Positions 11,860 through 22,500 of a stretch of DNA of 64,000 nucleotides are shown here, piece after piece. How positions within the stretch are numbered: position 1 is the first letter of the stretch; the number at the start of each line of letters is the position of its first letter. The stretch comes from an uncultured Pseudomonadota bacterium (GTDB lineage: Bacteria > Pseudomonadota > Alphaproteobacteria > JACZXZ01). The notes beneath the pieces were generated by a model. That model saw only the letters and a program-made list of their open reading frames with translations, was not told where the DNA came from and did not search any database. Location of the stretch: assembly GCA_963749075.1 (NCBI GenBank), contig CAVVLJ010000017.1:1142062-1206061 (forward strand). Direction: 5' to 3'. The translations under genes were made by a program, and so were the position numbers.

Positions 11860-12203
11860 GGAAGTCGATCAGATAGAGGCTATCGTGCGATGTCGCGGCC
11901 AGCGCGTCGAAAATCCGCTTCCAGATGCCGCGGCGAGACCAGCGGTTGAAGCGATTGTAGACCGTCGTGTAAGGCCCATAGCGCTCCGGCAAATCTCGCC
12001 ACGGCATGCCGGTGCGCAGCACGTAGAAGATGCCATTCATGATCCGGCGATCATCCTCTCGCGCCTTCTTGCGAAGGCCCGGCATCAACGGCTCCAGCAC
12101 AGCCCATTCCTCGTCGCTCAAATCAAACCGCATGATCCACCTCCAACCACGGTGAATCACATTCGGACAACTTTTTCAAGACATTATGCGGGTACAGACC
12201 CTA
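11860..12203 (-). mobile_element. Truncated IS5-family (IS427-group-like) element: transposase N-terminus plus left end
   Basis: MRFDLSDEEW...GIFYVLRTGMPWRDLPERYGPYTTVYNRFNRW from ATG 12133; breaks off at the first catalytic Asp; end TAGGGTCTGTACC near 12203. Confidence 0.8.
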
Positions 12204-12302
12204 ACCAGCGAACGGCAGGCCTTGCAGCGCCTCATAATGACAGTGCGCCGCGAGAAGTTGAATCGATGAGACGTAACTCGCAAAAATAGCTTTGACCGGA
12301 TA

Positions 12303-12509
12303 TTGGTCGAGAACAAAATCTTAGAGACTCTGAGGGGAGAGCCTACACCCGTCCAAATAAGGGACTTATTCGTTGCGGTCCGACGTATAAATTATGATCT
12401 GAAAGAGAACACGTTTCGCTCCTACCTCCACAGAATGAAGGTGCGCGGCCTTATTGGGTCAGATCCAACGCGCGGGGGTTGGACCGTGGCCCAGAGAGAG
12501 CCTTCGTAG
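12303..12509 (+). CDS. Small winged-helix protein or fragment
   Basis: ENTFRSYLHRMKVRGLI...GGW wHTH-like pattern; TTG start. Confidence 0.35.
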   Translation: MVENKILETLRGEPTPVQIRDLFVAVRRINYDLKENTFRSYLHRMKVRGLIGSDPTRGGWTVAQREPS

Positions 12510-12531
12510 CCAAATTTCCCGTTTTGTTATT

Positions 12532-12636
12532 TTGCTCCCAAGCAGCCACCACGCGCGCAATATCGGTAATCTCCCAGAGCCTGTCTGTGATGCCAGCCGC
12601 CATAGCTGGCGTCATGCTCAGAGTTCCATAGATGCG
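12532..12636 (-). mobile_element. C-terminal remnant of an IS1-like transposase
   Basis: RIYGTLSMTPAMAAGITDRLWEITDI matches the TPAMAAG-x-TD-x-LW tail of this transposase group. Confidence 0.65.
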
Positions 12637-12803
12637 GGGGTCATCATCATTACTCGGACAGGCTCCTAGTTCGGCTGTGTTTTGGATCGGGATTGCCCTC
12701 GGTGCGCTTGCGCTCACACCCAATGCTGACGCGGCGCCGCGTTTGCCTTAATATGGAGGCGGACGTAATTGGCGAGCCGTCGCCTGGCGAAGAGGAGACC
12801 GCC

Positions 12804-13067
12804 TTGTCCGAGGTCGAGATTTACACCACTATGTGGTGCCCTTACTGCCAGCGTGCGAAGTCGCTGCTCGCCGAGAAGGGCGTGGCGTTCCGCGAGGTGG
12901 ACGTGACCTACGATGCGGAGAAGCGCGCGGAGATGAGCTCACGCGCCGAGGGGCGCTCGACGGTGCCGCAGATCTTCATCGCCGGAAAGCCGGTCGGCGG
13001 CTCCGACGAGCTCGCCGCCCTCGAGGCCGAGGGCAAGCTCGACCAGCTCCTGGGGAGGGCCGCATGA
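12804..13067 (+). CDS. grxC: Glutaredoxin 3
   Basis: CPYC, TVPQIFI and GGSD motifs; TTG start after GAGGAG. Confidence 0.93.
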   Translation: MSEVEIYTTMWCPYCQRAKSLLAEKGVAFREVDVTYDAEKRAEMSSRAEGRSTVPQIFIAGKPVGGSDELAALEAEGKLDQLLGRAA

Positions 13068-13921
13068 GCGAGCGCTTCAAGGTCGCCTGCATCCAAAGCA
13101 ACGCGGGGCCCGACATCCTGCCCAATATCGCGGACGTCGACCGCCTCGTGCGCTCGGCGCACGCCGCGGGTGCCGAGCTCATCATGACGAGCGAGAACTT
13201 CACCTGCATCGAGTTCGGCGCCGAGCGCTCGCTCGCCAAGGCGCTCTCCGAGGCGGAGCATCCGGCAATCCCGCATTTCACCAAGCTCGCGAGGGAGCTC
13301 GGCAGCTGGCTCCTCTTGGGCTCGCTCACCATCAAGCTCTCGCCCAGCAAGGCCAACAACCGCTCCTACCTGGTCGACCCGGAAGGCCGCATTACCGCAC
13401 GCTACAACAAGCTGCATCTCTTCGACGTGCAGCTCAAGGCGGGCGAGACCTACCGCGAATCGGCGACCGTCGAGCCGGGCGACCGCGCCGTGCTCGCCGA
13501 GACCCCTTGGGGGCCGCTCGGCATGAGCGTGTGCTACGATCTGCGCTTCGCCTATCTCTATCGCGCGCTCGCCCAGGCCGGCGCCAACTATCTTTCCATC
13601 CCCGCCGCCTTCACCAAGACGACGGGCCAGGCGCACTGGCACGCGCTGATGCGCGCCCGCGCCATCGAGACGGGCTCTTACGTCTTGGCCCCGGCCCAGT
13701 GCGGCCAGCACGCGGGCGGGCGCAAGACCTACGGCCACTCGCTCATCGTCGATCCCTGGGGCGAGGTCCTGGCCGACGGCGGCGAAGCGCCGGGCTTCAT
13801 CGTGGCCGAGATCGACCCGGAGAAGGTCCGCGACGCGCGCCGCATGATCCCGGCCCTTGAGCACGACCGCCCCTTCACCGGTCCGGCCAGCGCGAGACCG
13901 CTCGCAGAGGCCGGCGAGTAG
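13064..13921 (+). CDS. Carbon-nitrogen hydrolase (Nit1-like)
   Basis: KLHLFDV, VCYDLRF, RARAIE and [10 protein letters not shown] motifs; ATGA overlap with grxC. Confidence 0.92.
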   Translation: MSERFKVACIQSNAGPDILPNIADVDRLVRSAHAAGAELIMTSENFTCIEFGAERSLAKALSEAEHPAIPHFTKLARELGSWLLLGSLTIKLSPSKANNRSYLVDPEGRITARYNKLHLFDVQLKAGETYRESATVEPGDRAVLAETPWGPLGMSVCYDLRFAYLYRALAQAGANYLSIPAAFTKTTGQAHWHALMRARAIETGSYVLAPAQCGQHAGGRKTYGHSLIVDPWGEVLADGGEAPGFIVAEIDPEKVRDARRMIPALEHDRPFTGPASARPLAEAGE

Positions 13922-13964
13922 GAGGCCCTCCGCTTCTCGCGATGCGGCCGAGCACGCCTGCAGC

Positions 13965-16298
13965 ATGCCCCTCGTCGAGCCCAACACCGCCGTCCGCGAC
14001 CCGGTCTGCGGCATGCCCGTCGAGCCCGCCGCGGCCAGCTACCGCGCCGGGCACGGCGGCAAGGACTACTTCTTCTGCGGCGCCAAGTGCCGCGAGAAGT
14101 TCGTAGCGGCGCCGGCGAAGTATCTCGGCGGGGGCGACGCAAGCCGGGCGCCGGCTGCGGCCCCGCCTGGTACCCTTGGGGCCGGGCACTGGACCTGTCC
14201 CATGCACCCGGAGGTCGTGCGCCACGCGCCGGGGAGCTGCCCGATCTGCGGCATGACGCTCGAGCCGCTCGTAGCGGGCGGCGCCGGCGAGGCCAATCCC
14301 GAGCTCGCGGCCATGACGCGGCGCTTCTGGGCAAGCCTCGCGCTGGCGCTCCCGCTCTTCCTCCTCGCAATGACGGGCGATTTTGCAGCGGCGCCGCTAG
14401 CCGCCCTCGTTCCGCCGCGCGCGCAGACCTGGCTTCAGCTGGCGCTCGCGACGCCCGTCGTCCTTTGGGGCGGCGCCCCCTTCTTCGCGCGCGGCTGGGC
14501 CTCGCTTCAGAGCCGCCATCTCAACATGTTCACGCTGATCGCCATCGGCATCGGCGTCGCCTATGGCTATAGCCTCATTGCGGCCTTGGCGCCCGGCGTC
14601 TTCCCCGCCTCCTTCCGCGCGCCCGGCGGCGGCGTGGCGCTCTATTTCGAGGCGGCTGCCGTCATCACGACGCTCGTGCTGCTGGGCCAGGTGCTCGAGC
14701 TCCGCGCGCGAGCAGCGACCTCGAGCGCAATTCGGAGCCTCCTCGATCTGGCGCCCAAGACCGCGCGCGCGGTGCGCGCGGACGGCCGCGAGGAGGATCT
14801 CCCCCTCGAGCAAGTCGCGCCCGGCATGGTGCTGCGAGTGCGGCCCGGCGAGAAAGTGCCGGTCGACGGCCGCGTCCTCGAGGGCCGGAGCGCCCTCGAC
14901 GAGTCGATGATCACGGGCGAGCCGCTGCCGGTCGAGAAGGGCGCGGGCGACGCGGTCACGGGTGCCACGCTCAACGGCGCCGGCAGCTTTCTCATGCGCG
15001 CCGAGAAGGTGGGCAGCGACACGCTCCTTGCCCGCATCGTCGCCATGGTGGCCGCAGCTCAGCGCTCCCGGGCACCCATCGAGCGCTTGGCCGACCGCGT
15101 CTCCGCCTGGTTCGTTCCCGCCGTCCTCCTCGCCGCCGCCGTCACCTTCGCCGCCTGGTCGCTCCTCGGGCCGCCACCCGCCATGGCGACGGCGCTCGTC
15201 AATGCCGTTGCCGTGCTGATGATCGCCTGCCCCTGCGCGCTCGGCCTGGCGACGCCGATGTCGATCATGGTGGGCACCGGGCGCGGCGCCAAAGCCGGCG
15301 TCCTCATCAAGGGCGCAGACGCGCTCGAGCTCATGGAGACGGTCGACACGCTCGTCTGCGACAAGACCGGCACGCTCACCGAGGGCAAGCCGCGCCTCGC
15401 GCGCGTCTCGGCCGAGGGCGGCATCGCCGAGGACGAGCTCCTGCGCCTCACAGCTAGCCTCGAGCGCGCGAGCGAGCACCCGCTCGCCGACGCCATCGTC
15501 AAGGGTGCGGAGGAGCGCCACTTGGCACTTTCGCCCGCCGCCGATTTCCACGCCGAGACGGGCAAGGGCGTTAGCGGCACGGTCGATGGCCGCAAGATCG
15601 CCCTCGGCAATGCAGCACTCCTCGCCTCCCTCGCGGTCGAGGCGGGCGGGCTGCCGGATGCTGCCGAGGCGCTGAGGAAGGAGGGCGGCACCGTGATGCT
15701 CGCCGCCGTGGACGGCCGCGCCGCGGGCCTAATCGCGGTCGCAGACCCGATCAAGGCCGGGGCGGCCGACGCCATCAGGGCGCTCGCGGCCAACGGCGTG
15801 CGCACCATCATGCTGACCGGCGACAGCCGCACCACCGCCGAGGCGGTGGCGCGCCGGCTCGGCATCGCCGAGGTGATCGCCGACGTGCTGCCCGAGGGCA
15901 AGGCCGCGACGGTGGCACGGCTCGCGCGCGAGGGGCGCAAGGTCGCGATGGCGGGCGACGGCATCAACGACGCGCCGGCGCTCGCCGCGGCGCGCGTCGG
16001 CATCGCCATGGGCACGGGCGCCGATGTAGCAATTGAGAGCGCCGACATCACCCTCGTGAAGGGCGACCTCGGCGGCATCCTGCGCGCGCGGCGCTTGAGC
16101 CGCGCCGTCATGCGCAACATCCGCCAGAACCTCTTCTTCGCCTTCGTCTTCAACGCGCTCGCGGTGCCGCTCGCGGCGGGCGTGCTCTATCCCTGGACCG
16201 GGCTTCTCCTCAACCCCATGATCGCGAGTGCCGCCATGAGCGCGAGCTCGGTGCTGGTGATCGGCAACGCGCTCAGGCTCAAACGCGCGGCGCTGTGA
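13965..16298 (+). CDS. copA: Cu(I)/Ag-translocating P1B-type ATPase with YHS and CPMHP domains
   Basis: DPVCGM, CPMHP, TGEP, CPC, DKTGT, EHP and GDGINDAP motifs. Confidence 0.93.
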   Translation: MPLVEPNTAVRDPVCGMPVEPAAASYRAGHGGKDYFFCGAKCREKFVAAPAKYLGGGDASRAPAAAPPGTLGAGHWTCPMHPEVVRHAPGSCPICGMTLEPLVAGGAGEANPELAAMTRRFWASLALALPLFLLAMTGDFAAAPLAALVPPRAQTWLQLALATPVVLWGGAPFFARGWASLQSRHLNMFTLIAIGIGVAYGYSLIAALAPGVFPASFRAPGGGVALYFEAAAVITTLVLLGQVLELRARAATSSAIRSLLDLAPKTARAVRADGREEDLPLEQVAPGMVLRVRPGEKVPVDGRVLEGRSALDESMITGEPLPVEKGAGDAVTGATLNGAGSFLMRAEKVGSDTLLARIVAMVAAAQRSRAPIERLADRVSAWFVPAVLLAAAVTFAAWSLLGPPPAMATALVNAVAVLMIACPCALGLATPMSIMVGTGRGAKAGVLIKGADALELMETVDTLVCDKTGTLTEGKPRLARVSAEGGIAEDELLRLTASLERASEHPLADAIVKGAEERHLALSPAADFHAETGKGVSGTVDGRKIALGNAALLASLAVEAGGLPDAAEALRKEGGTVMLAAVDGRAAGLIAVADPIKAGAADAIRALAANGVRTIMLTGDSRTTAEAVARRLGIAEVIADVLPEGKAATVARLAREGRKVAMAGDGINDAPALAAARVGIAMGTGADVAIESADITLVKGDLGGILRARRLSRAVMRNIRQNLFFAFVFNALAVPLAAGVLYPWTGLLLNPMIASAAMSASSVLVIGNALRLKRAAL

Positions 16299-16301
16299 GG
16301 G
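16084..16301 (+). repeat. Direct repeat, left copy (copA 3' end)
   Basis: Identical to 28064-28253 over 190 bp, then near-identical through the stop codon. Confidence 0.95.
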
Positions 16302-16338
16302 GCAGCAGCTATTTGCCCGGCTAGGCGTCAAGCGACAA

Positions 16339-16362
16339 ACGGCCGGCATTGCTGCCGGCCGT
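16339..16362. terminator. GC hairpin between convergent genes
   Basis: ACGGCCGGCA-ttgc-TGCCGGCCGT. Confidence 0.5.
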
Positions 16363-16388
16363 CCGTCTCTCAGATCGCAGCCTGGCGT

Positions 16389-16697
16389 TTAGAGAATGCC
16401 GATGCTGACTCCCGGCAGGCTTATGCCGATGGCGGGACCGTACACCACAGGCGGCGGAGCATAGTACGGCCCGCCGTAGACCACTGGGGGCGCGCTATAA
16501 TAGCCGCCATTCCAGTTGCCATGGTCACGTCCACGATCACCGCGGTGGTCACCGCCGTGGTGATCGTTCCGGTGCTGGTCTTCTGCGCTAGCCGACGCGA
16601 CGAACGTCCCCAGCGCGAGAAAGGCGGAGATTGCGAGCGCTGCCGCGAGCATGGCCGGCAGGTGGCGTTTTGCTTTGGTATCGACGATGCAGGTCAT
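16389..16697 (-). CDS. Small secreted His/Pro-rich protein
   Basis: Signal peptide; HHGGDH stretch; YYAPPPVVYGP repeats. Confidence 0.65.
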   Translation of the reverse strand: MTCIVDTKAKRHLPAMLAAALAISAFLALGTFVASASAEDQHRNDHHGGDHRGDRGRDHGNWNGGYYSAPPVVYGGPYYAPPPVVYGPAIGISLPGVSIGIL

Positions 16698-16753
16698 AAC
16701 GACCTCCTTTGATGAGCATGGTGTCACGTCGCGGAACGCGAGCGTTGGCCCTG

Positions 16754-17287
16754 CTAGCTATGCGCCGGAGCGCCCTTGCCACCGAAGCTCTGGAACACCT
16801 GGTCGGCGACCTTCTTCTGCGCATCAGGCATCGAGCTGTAGAGCGTATCGAACGACGAGATCAGGTTCTTCAGCCCATCGACGTGCGCGCGGGCGAACTT
16901 CTCGTAGGTCCGCAGATCGTCCAGCGCGGTCATGCCTTGCGGGGCCTGGGCGGTGTTTTCCGCGACGAGCTTCTCCATGGCGGCGGCGTTGTCGCGCATC
17001 GTCTGCGCGACAGCGGTCCAATTCGTCTCCTCGTCGGGCGTGATCTTTAGCTCGGCGTGGAGGGTGGCGATACGCTGCTCGACGGTCTCCGCCTTCGCCT
17101 CGGCGGCGCTGGCGGTCTTGTTCGGTTGCGCGGCAGCCTGCGCGAGCTGGATCGCCACGCTGGTGGCGCCATCGGCGCGCGCCGCGGTCAGCGGATAGGC
17201 GAGCATCGTCGCGCCCATCAGCGCCGCGATCGCGACCGAGCGCTTGAACGGCACGGACATGACAAGCGGGCGGGAGAAAGTCGACAT
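16754..17287 (-). CDS. Spy/CpxP (LTXXQ) family periplasmic chaperone
   Basis: Signal peptide; LHAELKITPDEE...W; LYSSMPDAQKKVAD. Confidence 0.8.
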   Translation of the reverse strand: MSTFSRPLVMSVPFKRSVAIAALMGATMLAYPLTAARADGATSVAIQLAQAAAQPNKTASAAEAKAETVEQRIATLHAELKITPDEETNWTAVAQTMRDNAAAMEKLVAENTAQAPQGMTALDDLRTYEKFARAHVDGLKNLISSFDTLYSSMPDAQKKVADQVFQSFGGKGAPAHS

Positions 17288-17403
17288 GGTGGTATCCCTT
17301 CTGGATTTGGCAACGGGCGGTGATTTCGCCCACCCGCCGCTTGTGAACTGTTCACTTGGAGATACATCAGAAGTAGTCCCTGGAACTCGCGATCGTCAGC
17401 CCC

Positions 17404-17416
17404 CGGAAACTACTCA
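17404..17416 (-). promoter_or_regulatory. FixJ-box-like motif 1
   Basis: TGAGTAGTTTCCG on the coding strand, ~117 bp upstream of the Spy-like gene. Confidence 0.65.
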
Positions 17417-17451
17417 CAGCGGCGGCGGACGAGCCCGCCGCCTTGGCGGCC

Positions 17452-17817
17452 TCACGACACGGCCGCGGCGCCGAGCGCGCGTTGAATGGCCCGGGCGAGG
17501 TCCGCTTCGCGGAAAGGCTTCTGGATAACCACCGCCGCCGGCCTCAGCGCCTGGACCCTCAAGGCATCGCCGGTCACGAAGACGTGCGGGACGAAGCCGG
17601 AGCAGAGTATCTCCTCGACGGCAGAGACGCCGCTTCCTTCGCCCAAGCGCGCATCGACGACAATCAGGTCCGGTTTGGATCGAATGGCGGCGGCCACCGC
17701 GTCAGCCTCGGTGGCTTCGACCGCGCAAACGTCGTGGCCCATCCCCGCGAGCACTTCGGCCAGGAGCATGGCGACCACGGCCTCGTCTTCCACGACCATG
17801 ATGCGGAGCGCTGTCAT
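17452..17817 (-). CDS. Single-domain response regulator
   Basis: VVEDE, IVVD, VTGD and QKPF receiver motifs. Confidence 0.85.
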   Translation of the reverse strand: MTALRIMVVEDEAVVAMLLAEVLAGMGHDVCAVEATEADAVAAAIRSKPDLIVVDARLGEGSGVSAVEEILCSGFVPHVFVTGDALRVQALRPAAVVIQKPFREADLARAIQRALGAAAVS

Positions 17818-17963
17818 CGGTCTACTTCGCCTCCTGGGCCGCTTTCGTTCACCTAGATTTCGATAGGATCGCGCAGCTCCCGTGCGGCGCACGCGGGGGG
17901 CAGCGGTCCGATCAACGGCCGCCGATGCCGACCATAGTTGATGGAAGATCGCCGAGAGCAGGT

Positions 17964-17978
17964 TCGGAAACTACTCAG
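17964..17978 (-). promoter_or_regulatory. FixJ-box-like motif 2
   Basis: CTGAGTAGTTTCCGA upstream of the REC gene. Confidence 0.65.
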
Positions 17979-18023
17979 GCTCGTTCGCGGGAGATCGCTT
18001 GGTGCCGATGTTCGGCCCTGGCT

Positions 18024-18170
18024 TCAGCTGCGGAAAAGCGGCCGCCGCCCTGGCGTCGCGCGCTGACCGGGCGCGCTCGCTTGGCTCTGCTGCCTTTGCT
18101 GACCCGTCTGCACCGGCTTTGCCTGCTCGGGTCGGCCGCTCTCATTCGGCCGGATATTGTCGTCGGTCAT
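18024..18170 (-). CDS. Small hypothetical protein (48 aa)
   Basis: GGAGG RBS; ends GRRPLFRS. Confidence 0.5.
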   Translation of the reverse strand: MTDDNIRPNESGRPEQAKPVQTGQQRQQSQASAPGQRATPGRRPLFRS

Positions 18171-18202
18171 GGAACCTCCCGTTGTCTCAGCCCACTCGAT
18201 CG

Positions 18203-18712
18203 TCACTGGTTGGCGTTCGGCGGTTGCGTCTGCGGGGAGACCGTGCTGGAGGCCGGCGCGTGCGTATCGTCCATCTGAGCCGGCGTTTGACGGCTTGCGA
18301 CGATCCATTGCGCGCCCAGCATCAAGGCCATGACGATCGCGTTGATAAGGATCACCCGTACGATGTGTCGGGGATTGGCCGCCGCGCCGGCGCCGAGCAA
18401 CGTCTCGCGCGACGGGACATTGGAACGGACCTGGCGCGGCAAGAGCGCGATCAGGCGAGCCGCGATCGTTCCGGGTTCGAGATTCCCCGCCGGCCTGTCG
18501 GGCAGTGCCGCAATCAGCGAGGCCAAGGCCTCGGTCGCCGCTTTTCCCGGCAAGCGAGCTAATTTGGCAGCCTCCTGCCAGGGGTCGACATCCAGTCGCG
18601 CCAGCGCCGACAGGACGCTGAGCGGCATGCCGTTTCCCTCTTCGCGGATCGGCGCGAATAAAAAGTCGTTGAACTCTGAGCCAAGGTAAGAAGCCGCGGC
18701 AGAGCGCGTCAT
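18203..18712 (-). CDS. Hypothetical membrane protein
   Basis: FNDFLFAPI...LSVLSALARLDVDPWQEAA; one C-terminal TM segment. Confidence 0.65.
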   Translation of the reverse strand: MTRSAAASYLGSEFNDFLFAPIREEGNGMPLSVLSALARLDVDPWQEAAKLARLPGKAATEALASLIAALPDRPAGNLEPGTIAARLIALLPRQVRSNVPSRETLLGAGAAANPRHIVRVILINAIVMALMLGAQWIVASRQTPAQMDDTHAPASSTVSPQTQPPNANQ

Positions 18713-18830
18713 TTCAATCACCGAATGTCGCCGGCTCTTGTGGCGCCATGGAGCCGACTATGAGGCAGGGGCACGATTGTCGCAGCCACCCAAAGCAAAC
18801 CGTATTGCACTGCGGTTAATCGCGACAGCC

Positions 18831-18845
18831 TCGGAAACTACTCAG
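18831..18845 (-). promoter_or_regulatory. FixJ-box-like motif 3
   Basis: CTGAGTAGTTTCCGA, identical to motif 2. Confidence 0.65.
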
Positions 18846-19058
18846 AGCTGCGACCATTCCGGCTGACCGGCGAACGCGGCGCGGGTCAGCGCCTGCGGCC
18901 GCACCGATGCCGCGCGGGCAACGCCGCGGCGGAGAAACAGTGATGGGAGTTATCCGCGGCGGCCTTAATGGCTCGCCGTCCGCGCGTTGCTCTAATGGCC
19001 GCCCTTGCGGCGCGCCGTCACCGGCACCTGCGCATACCGTGCGGAGAAGGCATAAATC

Positions 19059-19325
19059 TTAGGCTTCGGTATCCCTTGGATGGTCGATCACACCGGAGCC
19101 CCTTGAGCTCCTGTCCCGGTCACCCGGAACGCCCTCGGCGGCGAGCCCACGCCGAAGCAGCTCTCGCACCGTCGCCGCACGGCTTGGCATGCGCCATTTG
19201 AACCGGAAGTCGTCGATAACCTCGAGTTCCTTCGGCGCCAGCATGATCTGCAGCCTTTCGCCGCGGGCCTTCGTGAATGAAATCCGGCGGCGGCCGAGAT
19301 GGCTAATTTTTAGCTTGTAAATCAA
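19059..19325 (-). CDS. Ribbon-helix-helix-like small regulator
   Basis: ERLQIML...IDDFRF..RMPSRAATVRELLRRGL. Confidence 0.6.
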   Translation of the reverse strand: MIYKLKISHLGRRRISFTKARGERLQIMLAPKELEVIDDFRFKWRMPSRAATVRELLRRGLAAEGVPGDRDRSSRGSGVIDHPRDTEA

Positions 19326-19509
19326 TTAGTTATTTCTTGAGCATCCGGGAAAATAAGGGGATAATTCAGGTTATGGCTTAGTTTCCGCCTGCGAAGCGAT
19401 TGGGAATGCGATGAGCGGAATGCCTTACGGCGGACGCTCGCCATTTTCTGATCCCGGTGGGCGCGCTCCACCTCCCATTGGGGAGTAACCGTTCGGGAAC
19501 GGTTGAGGA

Positions 19510-22500
19510 ATGCCAAAAAGCCGTCCGCATCAGGCCAAGGCGGTTCGGCCGCGTGCGGGCCGGCGCCCACCGGCGGCGCGCGGCTCTCCTCGCGGATCTC
19601 GGGGACTTCCCGGTCGTCGGAATAGGCGCCTCGGCGGGCGGCCTCGATGCCTGCAGGAAGCTGGTGGACGCGCTGCCGGCCGGCAACGGCATGGCCTTCA
19701 TCCTGGTCCAGCATCTCGATCCGACCCACGAAAGCATGATGGTGGACCTGCTGGCCGGCCACACGTCGATGACCGTGCGGCAGGCAACGGACGGAATGCC
19801 GCTCGAGCGCGAGCCACCTCTATGTCATCCCGCCCGGAACCTATCTCTCCGTCGGCAACGGCGCCCTGCACCTCTCGCAGCCGCAGGCGCGTCACGGCGC
19901 GCGCCTGCCGTTCGACTTTCTGCTGCACTCGTTGGCCGAGGAATGCGGCGCGCGCGCCATCTGCGTGATCCTTTCGGGAACAGGGGCCGACGGCAGCCTT
20001 GGGCTGAAGGCCGTGAAGGAAAAGGGCGGGCTCGTCATCGCGCAGGACCCCGACGAGGCCGGCTATGACGGCATGCCGCGCAGCGCGATCATGACGGGTG
20101 CGGTCGACCTTGTGCTTCCGGTGGCGAAGATTCCCGAGGCGCTCGTCAAATACGACCGGCGGATGGGCCTCGCACGCACGCCGAACGGGTCGCGCCCGCA
20201 GGATACGGCACAGGATTGGCTGCCCGAGATCATCGATCTTCTGCGCACGAAGACCGCCCATGATTTCACGCTCTACAAGCCGGGCACGCTGCAGCGCCGG
20301 ATCGAGCGGCGCATGGCGATGGCGGCGATCGAGACCGATGACATGGATCGGTATCTCGAGATCTCTGCGGAGCGACGCGAGCGAGCTCGACCTTCTTGCC
20401 AAGGACCTGCTCATCAACGTCACCAGCTTCTTCCGCGATCCGAAGGTGTTCGATCTCCTGGCGGCGAAGATCGTTCCCGACCTGGTCCGCAAGCACGCGC
20501 CCGATCATCCCCTGCGCATCTGGATTGCCGGGTGCAGCACGGGCGAGGAGACCTATTCCCTTGCCATGCTGTTCCGCGAGGAGATCACGGCGGCGAAGCG
20601 CAACGTCAAGCTGCAGGTCTTCGCCTCCGATGTCGACCCGGATGCGGTCGCGAGCGCCCGCGAGGGCCTCTACCCGGAAACGATCGAGGCGGACGTGTCG
20701 CCGGCACGACTTGCCCGCTTCTTTGCGAAGGAGGATCACGGCTACAGGGTCTTGCCCGAGCTGCGCGCGGCGGTGGTCTTCACGGTGCAGGACGTGCTGG
20801 CCGATCCGCCGTTCTCGCGCCTCGACCTGGTTTCATGCCGGAATCTTCTGATCTATCTGCGCCCCGAGGCGCAGGCGAAGGTCGTCTCGCTGTTCCATTT
20901 CGCGCTGCGCGAGGGCGGCATTCTGCTTCTTGGCAGCTCGGAGACGGTCGGCAACGTCGACGGCCGCTTCGAGGTGATCTCCAAGCCGGAGCGGCTCTAT
21001 CGGCACATCGGTCGCAGCCGGCCGGGAGAACTCGGCTTTTCGAGGGCCGCCGGCGACGGCGTGCGAGTCCTCGCGCGCCCGGGACAAGGCCAAGCGCCCT
21101 CGCGCCAGGCCGCTCTCGCCGAGCTTTGCCGACGGCTGGTGATGGAGACCTATGCGCCGGCGGCGGTGCTGATCAACCGCAAGCATGAGTGCCTCTATTC
21201 CTCGGGACCGACGGACCGCTATCTGCGCGTGGCGCCGGGGCAGCCCGACCCACGATCTGCTCGCCATGGCGCGCGCAGGACCTGCGGACCAAGCTCCGCT
21301 CGGCAATCCAGCAGGCCAGCCAGGAGAACGCGCGCATTGTCGTCGCCGGCGGCCGGACGAACCACGATGGCAATGCCGGGTCGTTCAGCATCGCCGTGCA
21401 GCCGGTTCTGAGCGAGGGCGAGGAGCTGCTGCTGATTTGCTTCGTCGACGAGCCGAAGCACGAGCGCGAGGCGAGGCCGCCAGACGCGCCAAAGGGGACG
21501 TTCCGCGGGTCGCCGAGCTCGAGCAGGAGCTCGAAGCCACGAGAGCGGAGCTCCAGGGCGCCATCCGCAACCTCGAGATTTCGAGCGAAGAGCAGAAGGC
21601 GATCAACGAAGAGGCGTTGTCCGTCAATGAGGAATACCAATCGACCAACGAGGAGCTGCTGACCTCGAAGGAGGAATTGCAGTCGCTCAACGAGGAGCTC
21701 ACCGCCCTCAACAGCCAGCTCCAGGAGACGCTGGAGCGGCAGCGCACGACCTCCAACGATCTGCAGAACATCCTGTACAGCACCGATGTCGCGACGCTCT
21801 TCCTCGACACCAGCCTCAATATCCGCTTCTTCACGCCGGCCACCAAGTCGCTCTTCAGCGTCATTCCCAGCGACGTCGGGCGGCCGCTCGCGGACCTCAA
21901 CTCGCTGGCTGCCGATGGCGCGCTTCTGAGCGATGCCCGGACGGTGCTGCAGACCCTCGCGCCGATCGAGCGCGAGATCGAAGCGCAGAACGGCGCCTGG
22001 TACATCCGCCGCGTATTGCCTTACCGCACCCAGGACAACGGGGTCGAGGGCGTCGTCATCACCTTTGCCGACATCACCGAGCGGCGGCGCGTGGCGGACG
22101 CGCTGGAGGCGGCCAAGCGGCAAGCAGACCTGGCGAATGTCGCGAAATCGCGCTTTCTCGCCGCCGCGAGCCATGACCTCCGCCAGCCGCTTGCAAACGC
22201 TCGCCCTGCTGCAGGGACTGTTGGCGAAAACCGTCGAGGGGGAGAGAGCGCAGAAGCTGGTCGCGCGGCTCGACGAGACGTTGAGCGCCATGTCGGGCAT
22301 GCTGAACACGCTGCTCGACATCAACCAGATCGAGGCCGGCACCGTCCGCGCCGAAATCGTCGATTTCCCGATCAACGATCTCTTCGAGCGGATGCGGGAC
22401 GAGTTCACCTATCACGCGCAGGCGCAGAGGCTTGCCTTGCGCGTGGTCCCGTGCGGCCTTTCGATACGCAGCGATCCGCGCCTGCTCGAGCAGATGATCC

